Positions 33,131 to 42,777 of a stretch of 64,000 nt of DNA are shown piece by piece. The notes beneath the pieces are model-generated. The model did not search any database, was not told where the DNA came from, and saw nothing but the letters and a program-made list of their open reading frames with translations. Position 1 is the first letter of the stretch. Each line of letters opens with the position of its first letter. The position numbers were made by a program, and so were the translations under genes. Source of the stretch: an uncultured Gemmatimonadales bacterium (GTDB lineage Bacteria; Gemmatimonadota; Gemmatimonadetes; Longimicrobiales; RSA9); NCBI GenBank assembly GCA_963783305.1, contig CAWAMW010000002.1, positions 576,001 through 640,000 on the forward strand, given 5' to 3'.

Positions 33131-33164
33131 CGAGCTTCGTCGAGGCGACGGCCGCCGGCGCGGC

Positions 33165-33815
33165 TCAGGCGGAGACCGACCGGCCGGTCTCCGAGCTCAC
33201 CCGCCGTCGGTAGAAATCCCAGGCGATAATGCCGTAGGCGTCGCGGAAGTCGCCGCACTCGATGAGCTCGTCGACCTCGTCGGGCTCCACGATCCGGGGC
33301 TGGATGTACTCGCGCTCGTCCTGATCCATCTCGCCGACGGGCTCGCAGTCGCGCAGCACCACGATGAAGAGCTCGTTGCTCTGGATCGCCGCATTGGGGT
33401 CGACGCGCCCGACGAGCTCGGCGGAGCCCGCGCGGTAGCCGGTCTCCTCTTCCAGCTCCCGCCGCGCGCACTCCACCGGGTTCTCCCCCGGCTCCACGAT
33501 CCCCGCCGGGAACTCGATGGTCACACGGCGAGTGCCGTGCCGGAACTGCTCCACCATGACGAATCGGCCGTCGGGCAGGAGTGCCACGATCTGGACCCAG
33601 TCGGGCGCGGCGAGAACGTAGAAGTCGGACAGCGACCCGTCCGGTGAGCGGGACCACTGCCGCGTCACGTCGAAGATCCGCGTCTCCTGGACCGTCTCCG
33701 TCCGCTCGTGAATCCACTCCAGGCCCCGGCGCGGGCCGGCCGGAGCCGCCGGCTCCGCCGCCCGATCCGGGTCCCGTTCCTGCGCAGCCTCCCTTTCTTC
33801 GGGGACGTCCGCCAT
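33165..33815 (-). CDS. NUDIX hydrolase (ADP-ribose pyrophosphatase-like)
   Basis: QFRHG...EFPAGIVEPGENPVECARRELEEETG Nudix box. Confidence 0.9.
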   Translation of the reverse strand: MADVPEEREAAQERDPDRAAEPAAPAGPRRGLEWIHERTETVQETRIFDVTRQWSRSPDGSLSDFYVLAAPDWVQIVALLPDGRFVMVEQFRHGTRRVTIEFPAGIVEPGENPVECARRELEEETGYRAGSAELVGRVDPNAAIQSNELFIVVLRDCEPVGEMDQDEREYIQPRIVEPDEVDELIECGDFRDAYGIIAWDFYRRRVSSETGRSVSA

Positions 33816-33827
33816 GTCAGCAGTTCG

Positions 33828-33971
33828 TCAGAAGATAAAGGCCAGCACCAGGATGACGATTCCGATGACCAGGATCAGCCATGCGGCGCTGCGCAACGCG
33901 GCCACGAGCCCGCTGAACCCGAGAAGGGCCACGAGGATCACGATGATGGCGATGATGACCAGGATATCCAT
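33828..33971 (-). CDS. Small hydrophobic 2-TM protein
   Basis: MDILVIIAIIVILVALLGFSGLVAALRSAAWLILVIGIVILVLAFIF; GGAGA RBS. Confidence 0.75.
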   Translation of the reverse strand: MDILVIIAIIVILVALLGFSGLVAALRSAAWLILVIGIVILVLAFIF

Positions 33972-34035
33972 ACCGTCTCCATGTCTCCGGCCCGATCCCG
34001 CAGCCTGTATAAGTGGATAGATCGCCGGTGAGAAT

Positions 34036-34051
34036 TGCAACTACCGGGCCG
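34036..34051 (-). promoter_or_regulatory. Candidate sigma-54 promoter
   Basis: Minus strand CGGCCCGGTAGTTGCA (GG-N10-GC with TTGC), about 65 nt upstream of the small membrane gene. Confidence 0.55.
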
Positions 34052-34062
34052 CTCCTCCTTTC

Positions 34063-35094
34063 TCAGGGCGTCAGGACGATGTTCCCGAAGGCGTCGGCCG
34101 ACTCCAGCCGCTCGTGGGCTTCCCGGGCGCGGTCCAGCGGCCAGACCACGTCCACCACGGGCTCCAGCTCTCCCCGGAAGACGCGATCCATGACCGCTCG
34201 GAACTCGTCCCGGCTCGACATGGTGGTACCCATGATCTCGATCTGACGCCAGAAGAGCAGCCTCAGGTCCACCACCCCGCGGGGCCCGGTGGTGGCACCA
34301 TACACCACCATCCTCCCCTTCTTCGCCAGTGCCCGGACATTTCTCTCGAACGTGGCCTCACCCACCGAGTCGAAGACCACGTCCACGCCACGTTTCCCGG
34401 TAGCGCTCCAGATCTCGCGGCCGTAGTCCTGGTCTTCCCGGCTCCGGTCGTAGACCGCGTCGGCCCCCAGCGCGGCGACCCGCTCGACCCAGGGCGTGGA
34501 CGTGACCGCGTGAACGGTTGCGCCCAGGTGCTTCGCGATCTGGACGGCGGCGGTGGCCACGCCCCCGGATGCGCCGGTGATCAGGACCGTATCGCCCGCC
34601 CCGAGCCGGCCCCGCGTGACCAGTCCGCGCCAGGCCGTGAGGAAGGCCAGCGGTGCGGCAGCGGCCTTCTCGAAGGCCACCCCATCGGGGATCACGTAGA
34701 GGTTCCGGGCGGGCACGGTGACGAACTCGGCGAAGCCTCCCTGGGTGTGCTCGCCGAGGATCCGGTACTCCTCGCACAGCGGCTCTTCGCCCTTCCTGCA
34801 CCATTCGCATTCACCGCACCAGAGGGACGGGTTCACGACGACCCGCTCGCCGCCGCTCCAGCCCTCGACCCCCGCGCCGATCGCGTCCACGGTTCCGGCC
34901 ACGTCGGACCCGCCGATGTGGGGCATGGTGGTCTCGATGGGCAGCCCGCGCCGGACCCAGAGGTCGAGATGGTTCATCCCGCTGGCGGCCACCCGGATCC
35001 GGACCTCGCCCCGGCCGGGCTCCGGTGTCTCCACTTCCCGGACGGACACCACTTCGGGCCCGCCATGCTCGTCGAAGATCGCTGCGCGCATCAT
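34063..35094 (-). CDS. Zinc-binding MDR dehydrogenase / quinone oxidoreductase-like
   Basis: NHLDLW, CGECEWC..C structural Zn site, ITGASGGVA. Confidence 0.9.
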   Translation of the reverse strand: MMRAAIFDEHGGPEVVSVREVETPEPGRGEVRIRVAASGMNHLDLWVRRGLPIETTMPHIGGSDVAGTVDAIGAGVEGWSGGERVVVNPSLWCGECEWCRKGEEPLCEEYRILGEHTQGGFAEFVTVPARNLYVIPDGVAFEKAAAAPLAFLTAWRGLVTRGRLGAGDTVLITGASGGVATAAVQIAKHLGATVHAVTSTPWVERVAALGADAVYDRSREDQDYGREIWSATGKRGVDVVFDSVGEATFERNVRALAKKGRMVVYGATTGPRGVVDLRLLFWRQIEIMGTTMSSRDEFRAVMDRVFRGELEPVVDVVWPLDRAREAHERLESADAFGNIVLTP

Positions 35095-35140
35095 CCTCTT
35101 CCCGTGGTTCTGTGTACCGTCAGCTTAATGGCCGACGGCT

Positions 35141-35626
35141 GTGAATTCCAATACCTTTGGCGGCATGCGAGAGGATGATCCGAAGGACATGCTGAACCGG
35201 CTGGAGCAGGCGGCGGTGCGAGACGCGGCGGAGCGATCCGCGGCGGAGGCGGAGGCCGTGCCGGACCTGGTGCGGGAGCTGGGCGGCGCGGGGGCGGAGG
35301 GTCCCGCTCCCGACATGACCTTTGCCGGCTATGTCGAGACCCACGATCGGGTCCCCGCCTACGAGGGCTCCGACGGTCAGCCGTACACGGTGGACATCGA
35401 CACGGAGGAGACGGGCGACCCGGCGCGGCCGTGGGCTGCGTTCCTGGTGTTCGTGCGGTGGGCGGCGACGGGTGCGGGAATCATGGGACACGTGACGAGC
35501 GAGAACGTCGCCTATGGGAAGGACGAGTACGAGGCGCGGGCGGCGGCGCTCGACCTTACGCTGTACGAACTCAAGTCTGCGCTCGACCGGGCGATCGCGC
35601 TGCGGGAAGAGCTGCTGGAGGAATAG
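35141..35626 (+). CDS. Hypothetical acidic protein
   Basis: Abuts the proline dehydrogenase start; protein-like composition. Confidence 0.7.
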   Translation: MNSNTFGGMREDDPKDMLNRLEQAAVRDAAERSAAEAEAVPDLVRELGGAGAEGPAPDMTFAGYVETHDRVPAYEGSDGQPYTVDIDTEETGDPARPWAAFLVFVRWAATGAGIMGHVTSENVAYGKDEYEARAAALDLTLYELKSALDRAIALREELLEE

Positions 35627-36541
35627 ATGCTGAGACCGCTTTTTCTGATGCTGAGCGAGAGCTCGCTGGCCCGGGGCTTCGTGACCCATGCTCCCTTCGC
35701 GGGGGCCGCGGCGCGCCGGTTCGTGGCGGGCGAGACCATCCCGGAGGCGATGGCGGCGGCGCGGGAGCTGAACGCGCGTGGCCTCACGGTCACCATGGAC
35801 TACCTGGGCGAGTCCGTGAGCGACCGCAGCGAGGCTCGGGCCGCCGCGGACACCTACATCGAGATCATCGACGCCATCGGCGCGAACGAGATCGATGGGA
35901 ACGTGTCGCTGAAGCTGACGCAGATGGGGCAGGACATCGACGAGGAGTTCCTCCGGTCGAACGTGAGCCGGGTCGTGGACCGCGCCCGGGCCGATGACAT
36001 GTTCGTTCGGTTCGACATGGAGTCCAGCGACTACACGCAACGGACGCTGGACTTCTTCGAGCGGATCTGGAACGAAGGAACGCGCAACATTGGCGTGGTG
36101 CTCCAGTCCATGCTGCGGCGCACGGAGTCGGATACGGAGTGGGCCAACCAGCTGGGCGCTCGCGTCCGCCTCTGCAAGGGCGCCTACATGGAGCCGGCGA
36201 GCGTAGCGTTCCAGGAGAAGTCGGAGGTGGACGCGAGCTACGTCCGCTGCATGAAGCTGCTGCTGAGCGAGGGGAACTACCCCGGCATCGCCACGCACGA
36301 CGAGGCCATGGTTCAGGCCACCATCGAGCACGCCCGCGCCAACGACATCGCGCCGGAGAAGTTCGAGTTCCAGATGCTGTACGGCATTCGCCGGGACCTG
36401 CAGGAGCAGCTGGTGCGGGACGGATGGCGGGTGCGGACGTACGTGGGGTTCGGTCGCGCCTGGTACCCATACTTCATGCGGCGGCTGGCGGAGCGGCCGG
36501 CGAACGTGATGTTCCTCGCCAGGCAGGTCCTGCGAGGATAG
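35627..36541 (+). CDS. Monofunctional proline dehydrogenase
   Basis: RFVAGE, SLKLTQMG, FDME, VRLCKGAY, IATHD, FQMLYG, YFMRRLAERPAN. Confidence 0.95.
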   Translation: MLRPLFLMLSESSLARGFVTHAPFAGAAARRFVAGETIPEAMAAARELNARGLTVTMDYLGESVSDRSEARAAADTYIEIIDAIGANEIDGNVSLKLTQMGQDIDEEFLRSNVSRVVDRARADDMFVRFDMESSDYTQRTLDFFERIWNEGTRNIGVVLQSMLRRTESDTEWANQLGARVRLCKGAYMEPASVAFQEKSEVDASYVRCMKLLLSEGNYPGIATHDEAMVQATIEHARANDIAPEKFEFQMLYGIRRDLQEQLVRDGWRVRTYVGFGRAWYPYFMRRLAERPANVMFLARQVLRG

Positions 36542-36552
36542 CGGCCCAACAC

Positions 36553-37218
36553 ATGTCCGAGTTCCTCCGCGTCACCGAGATCTTCCACAGCCTCCAGGGC
36601 GAGTCCACCTGGATCGGGCTGCCGTGCACCTTCGTGCGCCTCACCGGCTGTCCGCTCCGCTGCGTCTGGTGTGACACGGAGTACTCGTTCCACGGCGGTG
36701 AGAAGATGTCGCTGGACGCCATCGCCGCGCGGGTCGACGAGATCGGCGCGCCGCTGGTCGAGATCACGGGGGGCGAGCCGCTCGTGCACCGCAACGCCTT
36801 CACGCTGGCCGAGCGGCTCCTGGACGCCGGCTACACGGTGCTGGTGGAGACGTCGGGCGCGATCGACATCGCCCCGCTCGACCCGCGGGCCCACCGGATC
36901 ATGGATCTGAAGTGCCCGGGCTCGGGCGAGTCCGCGAAGAACCTGTGGTCGAACATGGACCACCTGACCGGGCGGGACGAGCTCAAGTTCGTGATCCGCG
37001 ATCGCCCGGATTACGAGTGGGCGCGGGACGTAGTCCGGGAGCGGCGTCTGGAGGAGCAGGTCGAGAATGGGAACCTCCGCGCCATCCTGTTCTCGCCGGT
37101 CTGGGGCGATCTGGAGTTCTCCGACCTTGCCGGGTGGATCCTCGAGGACGGGCTGCAGGTTCGCTATCAGCTCCAGCTCCACAAGCTCGTCTGGGGACCG
37201 GACGTGGCCGGGGTGTAG
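36553..37218 (+). CDS. queE: 7-carboxy-7-deazaguanine synthase-like radical SAM enzyme
   Basis: EIFHSLQGE, FVRLTGCPLRCVWCDT, TGGEP, ETSG, QLHK. Confidence 0.88.
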   Translation: MSEFLRVTEIFHSLQGESTWIGLPCTFVRLTGCPLRCVWCDTEYSFHGGEKMSLDAIAARVDEIGAPLVEITGGEPLVHRNAFTLAERLLDAGYTVLVETSGAIDIAPLDPRAHRIMDLKCPGSGESAKNLWSNMDHLTGRDELKFVIRDRPDYEWARDVVRERRLEEQVENGNLRAILFSPVWGDLEFSDLAGWILEDGLQVRYQLQLHKLVWGPDVAGV

Positions 37219-37253
37219 CTCCGCGGCGGCCGGTCGGGTTGGCGCCCCCGGGC

Positions 37254-39614
37254 TCAGCGCGTCAGGAAGGGCAGCGGGCCGCATTCTGCCGCGCTCGCCA
37301 CCGGTCCCATGTACAGCGACGCCATGTCGTACTGCCCGCCGGCGATCCTCTCCACGCGGTCGAGGAGCGTGGTGAGCATCTCGACCATGAATTCGTTGGG
37401 CGCAGGGTCCCGGCTCCGGCCTTCCATGCGGGCGGCCAGCCAGTCGCGGGCGTCGGCGCCGCCCAGCGCCACCGCGGCGTCCAGTGCCAGACCGCGCGCC
37501 CGCGCCTCGGTCACCAGCCCCACGAGGGTTCTCCGGGCGGAGGTCACGCCGTTCTGGTAGGCCACCACGCGACAGGCGCCATCCACCATGGCCAGGACCT
37601 CGTTGCGCGCCTCCTCGAGCCGGTCCAGGCGGGCCATGGCCAGGCTCAGGCGCGCCGGTCGGGGCTTGTCCAGGAGGTCGGAGCCCGGCTCTGATTCGGC
37701 AGAGTCCGCCAGCACGACCTCCAGCTCCGGCTCCGGGTCGGGAGCCCACTCCGCGTTCGGGTCGTCCAGCTGCGCTTCCACGAGCCGACGAGCCAGGTCC
37801 TGCGCGGTGGGAGCTCGCGAGCGGCCGTAGCTGCCAGCGAACCACCGACGGGTCTCGGGATAGACCGGAGCGACCTCGTCGAGCAGCGCCACGAGCGCCT
37901 GCCCCGCGCCACCGGTGATGTCCGGCGGACGCACGGTGCCATAGCCGGTCAGGACATCGTCCTGCACGGAAGACAGGTACCCGTTGATCCGGCCCTCCCG
38001 GGCCAGCGCCACCGCCACGAACCAGTCCATGCTCCGGGCGAAGACCTCCGCCGGCCGCGTGGCATGGGCGTCGTAGGTGGCCTCGTTCCCGTCGGCCAGC
38101 GATGCGGCCGTGAGTCCTCTCAGCACGCGCGACAGCTGGTCATCGGAGAGGCGCACCGCCCGATCCGTTCCGTAGTCGCCCCGGACGCGGTAGCGGCGGA
38201 GCGCCGTCTGCCAGTCGATGTCATGGGCCACCTCGTGGGCGATGGTGCCGGCACCGGTGCGCGCGGGAATGTAGATCGTGCGCGTCTTGGGGTCGTGCAC
38301 GGCCAGCGTGCCGGGGCTCCCCGCACGGGGCTCGAATCGCACCCTCAGCCCCCGCACATCCAGCGAGGGCAGCACGCGCCGGAGGTCCGAGAGCGAGGTC
38401 TCGAGCATCCGCCGATAGTACGGCCGCCATGGCGCCGGAACCGACTCCGGGAACGTGATGGAGCCGAGGCCGAAGCGGTCCTCCAGGTCGCGGCTGGTGG
38501 GCCCGCCGAACCCGGGGAACCACGGCCTCTCCTGGGCGTACGCTCGCATGCCCACCGCCGCGGCGAGCTGGGCCAGTCGGGCCGGCTGGTCCAGCGCGTC
38601 GCGCTGGGCCAGCAGCGTGTACTCCGCCGCCAGCCGCTCCTCGTTCACCGCGTTCTCGAAGAAGCGAGCTGCTCCCGGCCCCGGGTCGCGCACGAGCCGC
38701 CCGTACGTCTGGACCGCCAGCGCCACGGGTGTCTGGGGAGGCGCATCGTACTCTGCGGACGCGCGGGCCAGCTCCAGTGCGGCCGCCGCGCTCAGGACCG
38801 GCCGGTCCAGCGGCTCCCGCCGCAGGATCATGGGACCCCGCCTTGGCCGGTGGCGGATGTCGCGGATACTCTCCAGGAGCCGGGGTGCACGGGCGATGGC
38901 ATCACGCTCCACGGAGGCCGCGGCCGAGAGAATGGCCGGCCGCTCCACCTGGAAGCTCCGCTCGACGCGCCACACCGTGAGGAGCGAGAGCGGGTCGGTC
39001 TCGGACCCGGCGGCGCGCAGCAGGCGGCTGGCGTCCTGCTGGCTCTGGGCCCGGTCACGGATCAGCGCGGCCACCCGGAGCGCCCGGTCCTTGAGCGTGG
39101 ACGAGACGGTCCCCTCCGCGGCCGCCATGGTATACGCGAGCCGCACGGCCAGCATGCCCCCGTCCGGATCGGCCGACCCGCGGATGGCCCGCTCGATCAG
39201 GGCAAGGTGGCGACGGGCCACCTCGGAGTCCCGCTCATCCAGAGCTGCCGGATCGATATGGTAGCTCTCTCCCTTGAGGGTGTGGTCCAGGAGCGCCCAA
39301 GCCAGCCGTTCGCGGGAATCGTGCTCCATGCGCGGGTCCTGGAGCGCGTGCTCGATCAGCCGGAACGGACTGCCGAGGCCGAGCCGCAGTCGCTCGATGT
39401 AGCCGGCCGCGATCGCCTCCTGGGTGCTGGGCGTGATCGCGCTCTGGACGGCCAGGCGCTCCGCATGGGCGCGGCCCCGCTCGAGCTCGCGCTCCACGTC
39501 GGAGGCGATCCCGGAATCGTCGATCGGGCCGCAGGCCGCCACCGCCGCGGCCACGGCGACCAGCCACCCACAAAGTTGTATTCCCCGGCCCCTCATCGGG
39601 CTCCCGCCGTTCAT
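37254..39614 (-). CDS. Large putative lipoprotein with zincin HExxH motif
   Basis: Lipobox-like AVAAC; AHEVAHDID followed by PAEVFAR. The start may be 39596. Confidence 0.7.
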   Translation of the reverse strand: MNGGSPMRGRGIQLCGWLVAVAAAVAACGPIDDSGIASDVERELERGRAHAERLAVQSAITPSTQEAIAAGYIERLRLGLGSPFRLIEHALQDPRMEHDSRERLAWALLDHTLKGESYHIDPAALDERDSEVARRHLALIERAIRGSADPDGGMLAVRLAYTMAAAEGTVSSTLKDRALRVAALIRDRAQSQQDASRLLRAAGSETDPLSLLTVWRVERSFQVERPAILSAAASVERDAIARAPRLLESIRDIRHRPRRGPMILRREPLDRPVLSAAAALELARASAEYDAPPQTPVALAVQTYGRLVRDPGPGAARFFENAVNEERLAAEYTLLAQRDALDQPARLAQLAAAVGMRAYAQERPWFPGFGGPTSRDLEDRFGLGSITFPESVPAPWRPYYRRMLETSLSDLRRVLPSLDVRGLRVRFEPRAGSPGTLAVHDPKTRTIYIPARTGAGTIAHEVAHDIDWQTALRRYRVRGDYGTDRAVRLSDDQLSRVLRGLTAASLADGNEATYDAHATRPAEVFARSMDWFVAVALAREGRINGYLSSVQDDVLTGYGTVRPPDITGGAGQALVALLDEVAPVYPETRRWFAGSYGRSRAPTAQDLARRLVEAQLDDPNAEWAPDPEPELEVVLADSAESEPGSDLLDKPRPARLSLAMARLDRLEEARNEVLAMVDGACRVVAYQNGVTSARRTLVGLVTEARARGLALDAAVALGGADARDWLAARMEGRSRDPAPNEFMVEMLTTLLDRVERIAGGQYDMASLYMGPVASAAECGPLPFLTR

Positions 39615-39623
39615 AGGATCGTC

Positions 39624-39920
39624 CTAATCCACTTCTTCCACCGCCCGCCGCAGCCTCGGCCAGATCCAGCGCGCGTATCGGAGGAAGTTCGCCCTGTGCT
39701 CCGGCCGTGTGGCCAGAAAGGACCACGCCGCCCGCCCCGCCTTCTCCGCGTTGCACGCCCGGCAGCAGGCCACGAGGTTGCCGGTGGAATGGTCCCCGCC
39801 CTTCACTCTCGGCTGTACGTGGTCCACCGTGAGCTCCGCGATCTCGAACTGCTCCCCGCAGTAGACGCAACGGTTATCGTGCATCTCGAGGATCCGCCGT
39901 TTGCGCTTCGGGTTCGCCAT
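39624..39920 (-). CDS. HNH endonuclease
   Basis: CVYCG...TVDHVQPRVKGG...NLVACCRACNAEK. Confidence 0.9.
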   Translation of the reverse strand: MANPKRKRRILEMHDNRCVYCGEQFEIAELTVDHVQPRVKGGDHSTGNLVACCRACNAEKAGRAAWSFLATRPEHRANFLRYARWIWPRLRRAVEEVD

Positions 39921-40012
39921 CGCCGCTCCGTACGTACGTTCCTACTCTGATACCTCGTACACCGCGTTTTGCTCCGTTGCCGGCGCGACTCGACCGCGCC
40001 ACGTTGAGGATC

Positions 40013-40612
40013 ATGCCCGACCGCGACCCGCGCCTCAGCGCGCTCCGAACCGCTCTCGAGAAGAGGACCCCGCTCCGGGGGGAGCCGGACCCATCGCTCT
40101 CCCAGGCAGCCGTCCTCCTCATGCTCCGGCCCACGGACCCGCTGGAGCTGCTGCTGATCCAACGCGCGGAACAGGAGGGCGACCCATGGTCGGGGCACAT
40201 GGCCCTGCCCGGCGGCCGCCGGGAGACCCAGGACGGAGACCTGCTCTCCACCGCCCTGCGCGAGACGGAGGAGGAGGTGGGGATCATCGTCCCCGACACC
40301 CTGATCCTGGGGGCGCTCGACGAGCTCCGGCCCACATCGCGCCACCGGTTCCGGCTGACCATCGCGCCCTACGTGGCGGCCGTTCCGGTGGAGACCGCGC
40401 CGGTCCCGTCTCCGGCGGAGGTGGAGACGGCGGTGTGGATGCCGCTTCCGCACCTGGCGAACGACGAGGCGGTGGATGAGGTCCTGATCGAGCTCGAAGG
40501 GGAGTCGTTCTCGCTGCCCGCGCTGAACTACCAGGAGTACGTGATCTGGGGGCTCACGCACCGGATCCTGACCGACTTCATGGCTGTGGCGCGGGAGGCC
40601 GGGCTGGTCTGA
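40013..40612 (+). CDS. NUDIX CoA pyrophosphatase (NudL-like)
   Basis: AAVLL, WSGHMALPGG, ALRETEEEVG, IWGLT. Confidence 0.9.
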   Translation: MPDRDPRLSALRTALEKRTPLRGEPDPSLSQAAVLLMLRPTDPLELLLIQRAEQEGDPWSGHMALPGGRRETQDGDLLSTALRETEEEVGIIVPDTLILGALDELRPTSRHRFRLTIAPYVAAVPVETAPVPSPAEVETAVWMPLPHLANDEAVDEVLIELEGESFSLPALNYQEYVIWGLTHRILTDFMAVAREAGLV

Positions 40613-40627
40613 GCTCGAGCCCGCCGC

Positions 40628-41749
40628 CTACGCGTTGAGGCGCCAGGCGAAGCCCGGCTGACGCCCCTCGCTGAATCCCTCCAGCTCCGCCAGCTCCGGC
40701 GCGGGCAGCCACGCGTCCCGCTCCGCCCGCACCTTCTCGGCCGCCGACTCCACCTCCTCGGTCACCTCCGTCTCCACGGCCGCGAGACGACCCCGGTCCG
40801 TGCCCCTCGAGACCAGATACTCCTCGTACATCCCGATGGGATCCCGGGCGCCCCACTCCCGGAAGAGCTCCGCCGGGAACGTGCGGCGGGCCTCCGACTC
40901 GTCGTGCGTTGCGTGCCCCCCCATGCGGAACGTATCCACCACCATCAGCGTAGGCCCGCCGCCCTCCCGCGCCCGCTTCGCCGCCAGGCGAGTCGCCGCC
41001 CACACGTCCAGCACGTTGTTCCCGTCCGCGAAGGTTCCGGCGACCCCGTACATGGCCGGCCACTCACGGAACGAGCCACCCTGGTGCTGGTCCAGACGCG
41101 TGCCGAGCGCCACCTGGTTGTTCTGGACGATGAAGATGGCCGGCACCTTCTTGACCGCGGCGAGGTTGATGCCCTCGTGGAACGCCGAAGTCTTCGTGGA
41201 GCCGTCCCCCACCCAGGTGAGCGCCACCCGATCGTGACCGCGCTGCATGAACGCCATGGCCACACCGGCAATGACCGGGACCATGTCGCCCACGTGCGAG
41301 ATCGGCTGGATGACGCCGCGGTCCGGATCGCCGAAGTGGCCGTCCCTGCCCAGCGTGTTGCTGCGCGTGGTGGCGAACACGCCGTGGAACGCCTCCTCCA
41401 CGGGCATCCCCATCTCCATGAGCGCGCCCGCGTTCCGGATCATGGGGGCGACCACGTCGCGGCCGGGCTCCAGTGCGTGTACCGATCCGACCGTGACCGC
41501 CTCCTCTCCGGTCCCCAGCCACGCCTTGGACAGCGCCCCCTGCCGCACCCACCGCTTCAGCGTGATGTCGTGGAGGCGCGTCCGGACCAGGCCGGCGTAC
41601 AGCCGGAGGAGGAAGTCCTCGTCCAGCCCCCGCACCAGCTCCCACCGCTCTTCCTGGTCGCGCAGGCGCTGCGCGTATTCCGCCACGAGCTCGGGGTCCG
41701 GAGCCCAGTCCACGTACTCCGGCGGATCGAATGGGGGGTAACGTTTCAT
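40628..41749 (-). CDS. TPP-dependent 2-oxoacid dehydrogenase E1 alpha-like subunit
   Basis: GDGS...FHEGINLA...QNN TPP motif; RMGGHATHD; RDPI. Confidence 0.88.
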   Translation of the reverse strand: MKRYPPFDPPEYVDWAPDPELVAEYAQRLRDQEERWELVRGLDEDFLLRLYAGLVRTRLHDITLKRWVRQGALSKAWLGTGEEAVTVGSVHALEPGRDVVAPMIRNAGALMEMGMPVEEAFHGVFATTRSNTLGRDGHFGDPDRGVIQPISHVGDMVPVIAGVAMAFMQRGHDRVALTWVGDGSTKTSAFHEGINLAAVKKVPAIFIVQNNQVALGTRLDQHQGGSFREWPAMYGVAGTFADGNNVLDVWAATRLAAKRAREGGGPTLMVVDTFRMGGHATHDESEARRTFPAELFREWGARDPIGMYEEYLVSRGTDRGRLAAVETEVTEEVESAAEKVRAERDAWLPAPELAELEGFSEGRQPGFAWRLNA

Positions 41750-41758
41750 GTGGGAAAG

Positions 41759-42117
41759 CTAGCCGTGCGCGCCGCGATCAGCGAACGCATTCGTCTCCGG
41801 GGCCTGCTCCCTCATGTCGATGACGAACGTGGCGCTCAGGTCGTACGGGTGGGTGAGTAGATCCGCCACGAAACGGTAGGAGCCTGCCGGGGCCTGGCAC
41901 ATGTCGGCGCCCCCAACCGAAAGCGCCCAGCGCACCACGATGGGTTCACCGGGCTCGAGATCCCGATAGGAAAACGCGCTGGTACAGCTGTACTGAGTGG
42001 CGGGGAACGGAACCAGCCGGTCGTCGTGATAGACTGCGGCGAAGGAGAGCACCCCATGCTGCTGCCGAGCACCACCGTGTCGTCTCCCAGATTCTCATAC
42101 TTAAGCACGGCCACCAC
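41759..42117 (-). pseudogene. Frameshifted remnant of a small beta-sandwich protein
   Basis: VVAVLKYENLGDDTVVLGSSMGC continues in another frame as LSFAAVYHDDRLV...DLEPGEPIVVRW...AGSYRF; break near 42050; no intact 5' end. Confidence 0.5.
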
Positions 42118-42295
42118 CTCTCCCGGCGGCCGCGCGGCTCAATGAGCGCGTAAAGGTGTTGATCGCCCCCCCCCCGTCTGCCGCATGGTCCTGAGATCCG
42201 CCTGTCACTCGAATCTTGCCTGCGACTTCACCGTTGGAAAGGATCGCCTTTGCCGCACTTGCCTCCGCCCCACGGGGCCGCGGTCGCGTGCGCCC

Positions 42296-42742
42296 TCACT
42301 GCGTGGGGTCCGCGGAGCTCTGCGCCGCCCGCCCGATCCGGGCCGCCATCACGTTGAGCTGTGACCGCGACGGCACCGGCGCGTCCTCCTTGGGCAGCTG
42401 CAGGTCGAACACCTCCCCCTCCCGCACGGGGATGAGGTGGAGGTGGAAGTGGAGCACGTCCTGCCCGCCGGCCCTGCCGTTCGCACTGAACAGGTTGATC
42501 GCCGCCGCCCCCGTAGCGCGCCGGATCCCCGGCGCCAGCTCCTGCGCCACGGCGAGGCAGTGGGCGGCCAGGTCCTGCGGGGTGTCGAAGAGGTCGGCAT
42601 GGTGCTCGCGCGAGACGACCAGCACGTGTCCCGGACTGGCGGGCTGGATATCCATGAACGCCACGGCCCGATCGTCCTCGTGGACGATGCTCACGGTCTC
42701 TTCTCCGGCGATGATCCTGCAGAACACGCAGTGCTCGTTCAT
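42296..42742 (-). CDS. HIT family protein
   Basis: CVFCRII, MDIQPASPGHVLVV, GQDVLHFHLHLIP. Confidence 0.92.
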   Translation of the reverse strand: MNEHCVFCRIIAGEETVSIVHEDDRAVAFMDIQPASPGHVLVVSREHHADLFDTPQDLAAHCLAVAQELAPGIRRATGAAAINLFSANGRAGGQDVLHFHLHLIPVREGEVFDLQLPKEDAPVPSRSQLNVMAARIGRAAQSSADPTQ

Positions 42743-42777
42743 GGCGACCCGGCTCCCTGCTTCCTAGATTGGCGACA

